From positions 26,226,001 through 26,290,000 of the forward strand of contig JBITNC010000002.1 of NCBI GenBank assembly GCA_050084985.1: a stretch of 64,000 nucleotides of DNA, written 5' to 3'. The notes under the pieces were generated by a model that did not search any database, was not told the origin of the DNA, and saw only the letters and a list, made by a program, of their open reading frames with translations. This stretch comes from Nageia nagi. Taxonomy: Eukaryota; Plantae; Pinophyta. The translations under genes were made by a program, and so were the position numbers. Position 1 is the first letter of the stretch. Each line of letters starts with the position of its first letter. Shown here piece after piece: positions 54,079-64,000 of this stretch.

Positions 54079-56503
54079 GAAAGAAAGAAATTAATGTCGT
54101 CGAGTGACCAAAAGCGGTCAATGGGACTAGCATATGTACAGTCATGTTCAAATAACCAACAAAGCCCTTAGTGGGCATCATCTAAAGAGAGCATAAAGAA
54201 AGAGACCTAGACCAACACCACTACGTGAAAGATCCCGACCCTAGAGGGCGGGGTACAAAAACTGATACACCCAGAGGGAGGTTGTTCTGAGCCTCTCCGG
54301 AGGGAGAGTGTGGCGGCACTCTCTGCTCTAGAGAGGGGTCATGCTGATCTTTGGGAGATGTTTGAGGTACTGTTGCTAGAGGAGGAGGAGGAAATAATTT
54401 GTCAATCTCTTGACAAATCCTGCATGCTCTGAAGATGTCTCCTGGTCCAACATAGTTGCTGAAGGTGCTGCTCTCGGCGTCTCCTATGGGCTCCCTTAGG
54501 GGAAGAAGCTTAGAAGAAGGATGTAATGCGTCAATCTCCTAATGGTTGTTGGGTTCGAGCTAGAAGACATCTCCGTAGGGAGGAGGTCTCTCGAAAATAG
54601 AGAGCTAAGCAACGTTGATCGGGATACCAGAGGAATGTGGCCAATGAGTTGTGGGAGTCACGGAAGAGGCAATGGTAGTGACCCCAAATCTCATATAGAC
54701 CAAACATTGAAAGACAAAGTGGTCCTCTATTTCGATCTCAAGAGAGCACAGGTGGCAGACTCGCAGGTCCCTAGCTAAGTGATGATCTATCTCAACTCTG
54801 ATTCAGTGTGAGCATACCCGAAACTATTCGAGGGACATCTTTAATCCAAGGGGGAGATGCAAGTTGATTTATCCCGATGGAAGGATCAAAGCCCCATCTA
54901 ACTAAAGGTAATGTCGGCATAGTGATCCAACTTGGGCGTCAACGATTGAGGGGGATAAACCTAAGTGGTCTGGATGAAAGCCCTATAGATCACCTCTTGA
55001 ATCATTTTCAGAGTTTGTTAAAGTCTAAGCCGAACCCATTGGTGGTGAAGGCAATCTATCATGATAAAACCCAAATCTCGAAAGCATCGTGAAGATTTTG
55101 GCAAACCAACAACGATGACAGCCCTAGGCAACCAAATTGATTGAGGAGGCCAAAGCTCTCGCAGGGAGCCTATCTATATCGATGATCAGATAGACTCTAG
55201 AGGCAACGAAGGAAGAGGACTATGGAAGCAAAGGCCCATACCAGAAGAGGTTTGCAACCTAACTCCACAAGCATGACAAGGTGTGGGATTGTCCTCTTAC
55301 TCTTAATGAAACGAGATAGGAAAGAGACCAATATCCTCTCTATCGAGGTCCAATCTACTGCTTCCAATCTGGAACCCCAAATCTCAATCTTATATAGGGC
55401 TTCAGGAATGAAAAATGTTTGGAACAATTCTAGCTTGGATAGAATGTCCTGAAAATGTAATTGGATGCACTACCTCTCAAGGGTGGATACTGTCGCATAA
55501 CCTCGATTCACTCGAGAAGAGCACTCCCAAGTAGGTGTAGGATAAGTTAGTCTCTATAGTGTTGTCGTTGAAGGTGAGTTGGGTTTGGTACAACATGGCT
55601 TTCAAAACATTGAAGGCCACTACCTTAGTCTTGCTAATGTTCACCACCAGCTCATGTCTAGCATTGAAAGTAGTTAATGCATCTATCAATCCTTGGAGAC
55701 CCATGACTGAATGGGAAAGCAACACAATATCATCAACAAAAAGCAAGATGGGCACCTGGTTGCCATAGAGAAGGTAACCAAATCCAGGATCTGTGGTCTC
55801 TAGGATGAAGGAATCCAACTCATCAATGTAAAGGCCAAATAGAGTCGGGGAGAGAGGGCAATCCTGCTTCACCCCAATCATAATAAGAATATTGTCGAAG
55901 AAGCCATTTGAAGTGCGAATACGACGAGAAAGAGTCTCATATAGAGTCAAAATAGCTACTAATCCAATCTTCGACACCCCCAAGCATCGTAATCGGTCCA
56001 TAAATTTGTGTCAAGGAACAATGTCGAAGGCCTTCTTGAAGTCTACAAAACAACAAAATATTGGAGACTTTCGGAATCTAGCCTCCTCAATAATGGCTTG
56101 AAGAGTGAAAATGTGATTTGTGGTGCAATGGTCTCTACAGAACCCCTCCTGACGTACAGCTTAGAACCCTTTGGTGTCGGCCATTCGTGAAATGTACTCC
56201 TCTAGGACCGTGGCATATAGCTTGGCCAAGGTGTGATCAATCATGATCGTGCAATAGTTGCTCGAGTCATGGGGTCACTGGATTTGAAGATGGGATGGAT
56301 GATATTTGTGGTCCAAGAAGAGGGAAAACCTGAGCAAATAACATTGTTGAAGAGCATCGTGAGGAAGGTGGAAAGGGTATGAATGGCATGTTTGAGGCAT
56401 TCGGCTTGAAGGTTCTCAATGTTAGGGGCTTTTCCAGCATTAAGTCTTTGAATGGCGGAATGGATGAGATAGGGGAAAAGAAGTCTAAGGAGAGAGGGTG
56501 GGA
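54079..56503 (-). mobile_element. Degraded RTE/RTEX-like LINE, interrupted at its 5' side by the Copia
   Basis: ORF 55477-56001 has GVKQDCPLSPTLFGLYIDEL, LLFVDD, VNISKTKV, YTYLG. Upstream IIHPIFKS and NYCTIMI. 3' tail is (TTTC)3 rather than poly(A). Confidence 0.85.
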
Positions 56504-56960
56504 TGAAGGATTTAGTCCTACTCTAATCCTCAAGGTCCAAGACTAGGAAACTCAACCATTCAACATAACACAAATATAATGTGGTTCCTCCCTCCTTGGG
56601 AGTACATCCACAACTAGTTCTCTATTCTCAATCTATGCACCTCTTACAACAATTCTCTTCCTCTCCTACACAACTAGTAGAGTAATCTTACTCCAAAAAC
56701 TTAGTTATGTTACAAGAGGAGAGGCCCTCTATTTATAGCTTGAGAGCATCTCCCTAACCTCCCTTTAACCCAAGGGTAAGGTTAGGGTTACAATAAATGT
56801 ATCACCTAACTTTAACCTACCAACGAACCACATGGTAAAGTCAAAGTCTACATAATAAAGAATTCAATTAATCCCTTAAGGTATCTACATATCCTTTAAG
56901 TGATTAATTGAATTTACAAGCAGTTTAGATATTCACAATATTTCATTACAAATTCTAACA
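56504..56960 (-). mobile_element. Copia 3' LTR (~457 bp)
   Basis: - strand TGTTAG begins right after PPT TAAGGGGGAG (56961-56970); TATA CTATAAATAG near 56730-56739; ends ...CCTTCA at 56504 where LINE coding sequence resumes. Confidence 0.8.
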
Positions 56961-57444
56961 CTCCCCCTTAATGCAATATTGGGATAGAGCGTAGAAGAGA
57001 GAAGAGAGAGAGTAAGAGAGTTCTCCTCCATAGAGATACAAGTGGAGATGAGAACATTTACATATTTGAGAATCTTTTTGAGAACTAGTATGAGACTCAC
57101 TACATCACCATTTGACAAAATGGTTTACAATACAATCATTAACCACAACTGGTTTCACTGTACATAGTAGTCGATCAACTTTAAGCTGACATGTGAGTCT
57201 CCATGAGCTTGCTTACACAAGGTGAGTAACCTGCATTTCTGAAGAAGATCCTGCATGCTACAAGCAACTCATGAACAAAATCAGTTAGATGCATCATATA
57301 TTCATTTTATTAATAAGAGAATCAAATAATGCCATCTTATAAATAACTGATCAATGGTACACTATAAGTTATCACGGAGATGCCAAGCCATCACTCATAG
57401 TCACCTGTTGTATATAGACATGTGTTGATTTTTAATAGAGCATA

Positions 57445-57650
57445 AAAAATTGTACAAGTTTCTCACGCAGAGCAAACTTACCACGGAGGTATAGAATGTA
57501 CAAGAAGTTCCTCACGCAGAGTGAACTTACCACGGAGGTATATCAATTATATGCTCAAAAAATTGTACAAGTTTCTCACGCAGAGCAAACTTACCACGGA
57601 GGTATAAAATGTACAAGTTTCTCACGCAGAGCAAACTTACCATGGAGGTT
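57445..57650. repeat. Four ~45-50 bp direct repeats in the Copia 3' UTR
   Basis: TGTACAAGTTTCTCACGCAGAGCAAACTTACCACGGAGGT with minor variants. Confidence 0.9.
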
Positions 57651-57721
57651 TAAAATAATCAACACAATATAACAACAAAAAAAGGCCTCTTAGAGGTGAA
57701 GTTGTCATCACTAACAAAAGT

Positions 57722-60700
57722 TCAAACTTCACTCCCCCTTGAGGGCAACTTCACCAACCCGAGAGAATCCCTAAGCTTGTTGAACTGAGCTTCAGGAAGG
57801 GGCTTGGTGAATAAATCAGCGGAGTTGTCAGTAGATGGACAATACTTCAAGTGTATGATGTCATCTAGAACCTTCTCCCTGATAAAATGGGCTTGGATTT
57901 CCACATGTTTGGTTCTTTGATGGAAGACAGGAGTCTTAGCCAAAGAGATAGTCGATTGATTGTCTGAAGAGATAAGAGATGGGCCATTTTGCTCATACCC
58001 AATTTCGTTCAGAAGATGCCTCAGCCAAATAGCGTCTTGGGCGGCAACAGACATGGCTCGATATTCGGCTTTGGTGGTAGAAAGAGTCACAGTAGGTTGC
58101 TTCTTGGAAGCCCAAGAGATAGCACCTGAACCAATGCTGAACACATATGCAGAGGTTGATTTTCTATCATCTCTATCTCCCCCATAATCAGAATCTGAGA
58201 TCCCGGAGAGAACAATCGAGGGCACTTTGGAATACTTAAGAGCAAGATCCTTTGTCCCTACCACATACCTCAAGATTTGTTTAACAACATTGAGGTGTTC
58301 AACATATGGTTTTTGCATGAATCGTGCCATCAGATTCACTGCAAAGGCAATATTAGGACGAGAGATAGTCAGATACAGAAGACTACCGATCAATTGCCTA
58401 TAAGCTGTAGCATCAGCCAACTGAGAATCTGAGCTCAGTGATACAACGATTCCAGAAGAAACAGGTATTGCAGCATATTTACACTCCTCCATTCCAAACT
58501 TTTGCAAGATGTCTGATATATACTTAGATTGACTAAGATAAGTACAATCTTTGTGTTGGTATACTTGCATCCCAAGATAGTAATGCAATAGACCTAGATC
58601 AGTCTTTTCAAATGTTGCCTTCAGTTTGAAGATGCACTCTTGGATGATTTCAATATTATTGCCAGTTATGAGAAGATCATCCACATAAAGGAGAATTAAG
58701 ACCACGTCTTTTCCTTGATTGAGTACATAGAGATCTGAGTCAGAGAAGCACTTGGAAAAACCAATATCTGCGAAGAATCCTGAAATTTTCTTGTACCATG
58801 CTCTAGGTGCTTGCTTAAGTCCATACAAAGACTTCTTTAGCTTGCACACAAGAGACTCTTTTCCTTCTGGAATAAATCCTTCTGGTTGATTCATGTAGAT
58901 TTCTACATCCAAGTCACCATTGAGAAATGCACTCTTGACATCAAGTTGAAAAGTTTTCCATCCTTGAGCTGCAGAAAGAGCAAGGATTATCCTGACAGTA
59001 GGCATCTTGGCCACAGGAGCAAAGGTTTCCTCATAATCAATACCATATTTTTGAGCGAATCCTTTGGCTACTAACCTTGCTTTGTATTTTTCAATTTTTC
59101 CATCAGAATTGTACTTGACCTTGTATATCCATTTATTTCCAATCACATTTTTCTCATTGGGATAAGGAACCAAATCCCAAGTTTCATTTTTCATGAGCGC
59201 CTCATACTCAACTTTCATAGCTTCCATCCAACACTCTTGCTTGGAAGCTTCTTTGAAGGTTGATGGCTCATTCGTATTATCAATTTTGGCAAATAAAGAG
59301 TTATTCAAGGTCATACTCGTAATTCTCTGAGCTGGAGAATTTTGCTCTTGTGGTGACTTCCCTACATGATCATCCAACCAGTTAGGTGCAGGCGAAGAAT
59401 CATCTGAATCAGACACCTCAGCATGAGAGGTCGTATCCTCAGGAAGTTCATTGAACTTGACATCCCTAGAAACAAAGACTATTTTATGGGATGAGGAGTA
59501 GAGCCTGTAACCTCTATGCTGATTATCATACCCCACAAAGATGCATTTTTCTGATCTTTTATCCAACTTCTTTCTTTTCTCTGAGGTAATGAAGGCAAAT
59601 GCATCACAACCGAAGACCCTAAAGTGTGAGAGGTTAGGTTTCTTTCCTTTCCATGCTTCATACGAAGTTTTACCTTCAACTGCTTTAGTAGGACACCTAT
59701 TTAGGGTGTGAATAGCAGTGTGAATAGTTTCTCCCCATAAGAAACTAGGAAGGTTACCCAACATGCACCTTGCCATTTCCATAATGGTTTGATTCTTCCT
59801 TTCAGCAACTCCATTTTGCTGAGGGGTGTAAGGGATTGTGAATTGCCGCTTGATCCCATGTTTAACACAATAGTCGTTAAACTCATTGCTATTATACTCA
59901 CCCCCATTATCAGATCTCAGCATCTTGATCTTAAAATCAGTTTGATTTTCAACAAGAGCCTTGAAGTCTTTAAACCTATCAAAAGTTTGATCCTTGTGCT
60001 CAAGTAGATAACCGAATGTCATCCTACTGAAGTCATCAATGAAGGTCAGAACATAAGAAGCTCCCCCTAGAGACTTAGTCTGAAATGGACCCATCAAATC
60101 TGAATGCACAAGCTGAAGAGGACGAGTAGCCCGAGTTGCCTTATCTTTTTCAAACTTTTGCCTATTCATCTTTCCTAGAATGCACCTTTCACAGAGACCA
60201 ATTGTGGGTGAAATATTAGGTAAACCTTCCACAAGTTCTTGAGTTTTCATATCTTGAATACTCTTGTGGTTAAGATGCCCTAATCGTTGATGCCAAAGAT
60301 TGCCCTTTGAACAAACATTTGTAGCAAGACACATTTTTGAAGGAACTTGATCCACAATATAAAGGTCATCCTTTACTGATCCTTTCATGAAGGTGGCAAG
60401 TCCTTTCTTGACACACTAGGAGTGTGAGGTAAACTCAAATGAGTATCCTTTCCTTGTAATCTGAATTACGGAGATAAGATTCATCTTTAGTTTAGACACA
60501 TAAAAGACATTATTAAGAACCTTTCCATGAATCTTCACACTCCCTATTCCTTGAACATCAAGAACTGTTTTATCACCTATCACAACTGCATCCTTTTTGT
60601 ACTTATGAAAATTTTCAAACTTATTCTTTTCATAACACATGTGATTAGTGCATCCTGAATCAACAATCCAATCATTTGAAACAGTTTGAGTCATTGAGTA

Positions 60701-61635
60701 GTAGGCAACAGTAGCAGCATGCTTGTTCTTCTTTTTATTATTGAAATTTCTCACATTTGCATTTCCCTTGCCTTTTTGAGCAAATTTCTTTTTACGACAA
60801 TCATACTCTTTGTGCCCAAAGATGCCACAAAAGTTACAATTTCCATCAAACTTTTCCTTAGGTGTTGGATTGCTTGATCCAGCTTTGTCATTCCTTTGCA
60901 TGAAGTTGCCATTATTGTTGCCCTTTTTCTCATACTTCCTGAAGGTAGATGAGGACTTGTTATCTTTGAATTTATAATGTTTGAACTTCTTCTTGAAAGG
61001 AGTTTTGGTTGCTCCTAGAGCAATGCTATTGTCTTTTAGAGAAAGGTTCAACATTTTCTTATTCAAAGTTTTCTCATGCTTCAGAAGGAGTCTAGAGAGG
61101 TTATCAAGAGAGATGACATCTTCTTCATCGTTGAGCCTTGTTTCCATAACCGTGACAAAGTTACTGAACTTTGTAGAAAGGCTTTGAAGAATGATGAAGA
61201 CCATGAACTCATCATTGATCCAGTTGCACCTACAGCCAACCAGTTGTGTCCTGAGGTCAATGATTTTGTTCAAGTAGATAGAGGCACTTTCATCTTCACC
61301 TTGACGATATTGCAACAACTTTTGTAAAATGGTGAACCTCCTTGAAAATTTTGACCCAAGGTAAATTTTCTTCGGCCTATCCCAAGCTTCCTTTGCTAAT
61401 GTTGAAGAAGAGATCATGAGAAGGACGTCATCTGAAACTGCACAATAAATCATTGAAGTTGCTAACTCATTCTTTGATTATATATTTCAAGAGCCTTCTC
61501 ATCGGTAGGAGCGACCAAGTCTTCATTAACTGTCTGCCACAGCTTTCTTGCTTGTAACTCAGCTTTCATACGAGGTTTCCATATTCCAAAGTTGGAACCG
61601 TCGAGTATATGCTTGGGTATGAAGGTTTCAACCAT
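57722..61635 (-). pseudogene. Copia gag-pol with two lesions
   Basis: ATG at 61635; 1-nt frameshift near 61473; zinc knuckle CNFCGIFGHKEYDC; protease WIVDSGCTNH; in-frame TAG at 60416-60418 (likely from TGG); open 888-aa INT-RT(YVDD)-RNase H to 57722. Confidence 0.93.
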
Positions 61636-63147
61636 TGCTACAAAAAAGTAAATAAGCAAGAAATGAATAAATTTTTACAATTTACCATCTATACAAATCA
61701 AACATCTAATAAGTAAACATGTCCCACATGTGCAAACTTATAAACCACGATCTGTAGAAGGATAAAGTTGAGGTTGTTTTTTTGTATAGAATTAGGCCTT
61801 CACCTGGATGCCCGCAAGGTGGAGCCCAGGTACTACCAGTCCTCAACCAGTTCACCTTGGTCAATAATATACTCTCACAAGGAGAAGTACTAACTATTTT
61901 CCAAGGATTCGACGTATCTTGGACCGGCCATTTTAATTATCCTTTTAAGGTTTTCAGTTTTCCTCCTAGGTTATCAGGATAATCCTTGAATGGACGTGGG
62001 GACATGTGGTATCACTACACACATGCCTGTCCACCTAATAGAGTTATGTCCAATCCAACAGAGGCCTTAGGGGCAATTAAAACGGACTTACCACCACTTG
62101 GTTCTTCGGACTAAAAAGGCTCTAGTCTGCCCTATCCTCACCTCGTGGCTCCCCAAACAAGTCATGTTGTGGAAGAATACGTGCGGATGTGTTCATTTTA
62201 GGGGTTACTTTCAATATTTTGTGTTTTGCAAGTATAAAACAATTGTGCAAAAATATAAAGTAACAATACATCATCCACACGAACTTGAAACCTTAAGAGT
62301 CCAATGGGTTTTGTACTAACCCCTAAAGGACTTTTTACATTTTGCATACTTTTGCTCAAGTTCAAAAATTCATTAAAACACTTTAATGAATTTTTAAAAG
62401 GCTAAGTTCTACTTAGCATTAATCTATAACTTAAACATGCATTATTCCATGACTTAAAATTAAGTAATAAACATGCATCATGCATTATTTAACTTAAAAT
62501 TTTAAGTACTAAGCATGCTTTATTCCTAACAAGGTTAAGAAGCATGCATTATAAATTTAGCATGCAAGATCCAGCTAGATAAAGATTTAAGTAAAAAATT
62601 ATACAAATTCCCCCCTTTTTTTACTTAAAGTTATAAAACTTGGATGCTAAAAAATTTCTTTTAAGTATGGTTCCTCCCTCCTTTTCACTTAATGTGTTTA
62701 TCCCTAAAAAAGTGGTCTTTGAAGTATGCATTTTAAGTAAATATTGCCTTTGTTTACTTAAAAATAGCATAGGTTTTTAGGAAAAATCCCTTAAATGTTT
62801 AATTTAGACCTAGACATAAAAAAATCAAATCCCTTTGTAGTTGGTAAAAAAAATTAAGGCTCAACAACTATTATGGAAAAATATGGAAAGATGGCCATGT
62901 GTAAGCCGCGTGGAGGTTGAGAGGCTGGGCAGAGGCGGCAGGGGAGACCAAAGTGAGTAGAAGGGCGGTGAAGGTGGCAGGAGGAGGCCACGGAGGGCGG
63001 TGGAGGCGGTGAGTCGCGTGGGGCGGCTAGACGGCTATTGACCATCCCAGCCGCGAAGATGCGAGCGAGGAAGGAGGGAGGGGCGTGTTAAACAGCAGAG
63101 GATGACGTGGTTGTGTTTTTATATAAAGATATCCGTAGGCATTCGAT

Positions 63148-63199
63148 CAATAGTGGGGATGGTGGTAACAATCTCTCCCAGTTTCAACTTATACAGGAT
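63148..63199 (-). pseudogene. ARF1: Captured fragment of a class-I ADP-ribosylation factor (ARF GTPase) coding sequence
   Basis: - strand ATC CTG TAT AAG TTG AAA CTG GGA GAG ATT GTT ACC ACC ATC CCC ACT ATT G encodes ILYKLKLGEIVTTIPTI, the invariant ARF1 segment between the P-loop and switch I. Confidence 0.9.
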
Positions 63200-63319
63200 T
63201 GCTCGGAGTTTGAAAGAGATGCACGGGTTTATTCAAAATCGATCGATCGATTCGAGTGCAAATCCCAGCAAGCTGGACGGAAGAAGTACTACTACTGCGC
63301 CATATCCTTCTCGTTTTGT

Positions 63320-63645
63320 TTGTGCATATCCTGCGATCATTGCAGTGAACCAGACTGTATCGTGATGAGGCAAAAAACAATTCGCAGTCCCTTGCAACGT
63401 ATCCGGTTTGTGCATTCGACGTAGTCGAGCTGGCGAGGGAGGAGGCTGCGGGGGAGGCATTCAGTGCATATCTTGTGATCATTGAAGTCCAGGAAACGCT
63501 ATCTGCATCATGCAAACAATTCGCACACCATCCCTACGCTTCCGCCATGGACGTGGAGTTGGAGGCGGTCGTGCGACAGAGGCCGCTGCGGGAGGAGCCA
63601 CCATTGCAGTCCATAAGACTACAGTTCGACGAGGCAGTCGAATGA
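63320..63645 (-). pseudogene. Three PLS-class PPR gene fragments with GC-rich linkers
   Basis: LPRRTVVLWTAMVA (~63597-63642); ELF..MHDADSVSWTSMITRYALN (~63459-63545); CELF..PHHDTVWFTAMIAGYAQ (~63320-63415). Confidence 0.8.
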
Positions 63646-63671
63646 AAAAAAAAAAAGGAATGGGTGATGGA

Positions 63672-63779
63672 TGGTGTGCATAACGAGATTGTATTGTGAT
63701 ATACATTGTAGAAATTGCAATTATCGTGTTCTTGAGGAGTGTGGGGCCTCACACGGATTCCAACCCATATGTTCTCCAT
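63672..63779 (-). pseudogene. Captured kinesin motor N-terminal fragment (kinesin-7-like)
   Basis: MENIWVGIRVRPHTPQE...YNVYHNTISL resembles the plant kinesin-7 start MEKICVAVRVRP...WKVEDNRISL (recalled). Confidence 0.6.
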
Positions 63780-63855
63780 TCCAATATGTTGCAGGTATCT
63801 GGGCTCTGCTCTTCTGCTGATGGCAAATTGAAGACGGAAGAAGTGTGGTATAGCT

Positions 63856-63985
63856 CCCTGTGATCAGTGCAGTCCACGAAACTGTCTGCATCATGCATCG
63901 TGTCAAACAATTCGTGTGCTTTCCCTACGTTTCCACATTTTGCATGCAAGTCGGCGAGGCATTTTGTCAAACAGTTCGCATGCCA
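63856..63985 (-). pseudogene. PLS-class PPR fragments
   Basis: ACELFDKMPRR, then DLHAKCGNVGKAHELFDTMHDAD, frameshift, VSWTALITG. Confidence 0.85.
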
Positions 63986-64000
63986 TTTTATTTGACCCCC

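Larger units (their letters stand above)
56504..64000 (-). mobile_element. Ty1/Copia LTR retrotransposon, 5' end beyond the window
   Basis: gag-PR-INT-RT-RH order; 3' LTR with PPT; no 5' LTR or PBS before 64000, so membership of 61.7-64 kb is inferred. Confidence 0.9.

Noticed and set aside
53911-54171. ORF as the next host exon (RELIQESERKKLMSS...)
   Set aside because: The best acceptor (TGCAG at 54021-54025) gives an immediate stop in the required phase, and the distal part is the antisense 3' end of the RTE-like LINE.
60416-60418. Programmed stop-codon readthrough in the Copia
   Set aside because: The stop lies after the protease rather than at the gag/pol boundary, lacks a CARYYA context and is explained by a TGG-to-TAG change.
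63189-63970. A functional PPR gene at the window end
   Set aside because: The motifs are partial, lie in different frames and are interleaved with kinesin and ARF pieces, with no usable splice pattern.

Overview
AT-rich plant nuclear DNA. The very long TE-filled introns, the LTR types and the PPR motif style suggest a gymnosperm/conifer (inference). The window lies inside one + strand host gene for a coiled-coil protein resembling Arabidopsis MEE13/At2g14680. Ten phase-consistent GT-AG exons lie at 5792-41439, with introns of 24.1 kb and probably >22 kb; neither start nor stop is in the window. The introns contain at least four solo LTRs with TSDs, four non-autonomous hAT elements with 8-bp TSDs, a degraded L1, two RTE-like LINE copies and a 6 x ~1.46 kb tandem array with signs of consensus artefacts. 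They also contain an LTR-element remnant with a spliced extra ORF, an apparently intact 3.9-kb hAT (725-aa spliced transposase) and a near-intact - strand Copia. Main finding: the >2.3 kb upstream of the Copia gag, with no LTR or PBS yet reached, is a patchwork of short host-gene fragments, all in element sense. These are about five PLS-type PPR pieces, a kinesin N-terminus and a 17-codon ARF GTPase piece (ILYKLKLGEIVTTIPTI). A 3' splice site sits 2 nt before the gag ATG, so the element may carry a spliceable cassette of captured host sequences. All homology calls are from recognition by eye, not database searches.
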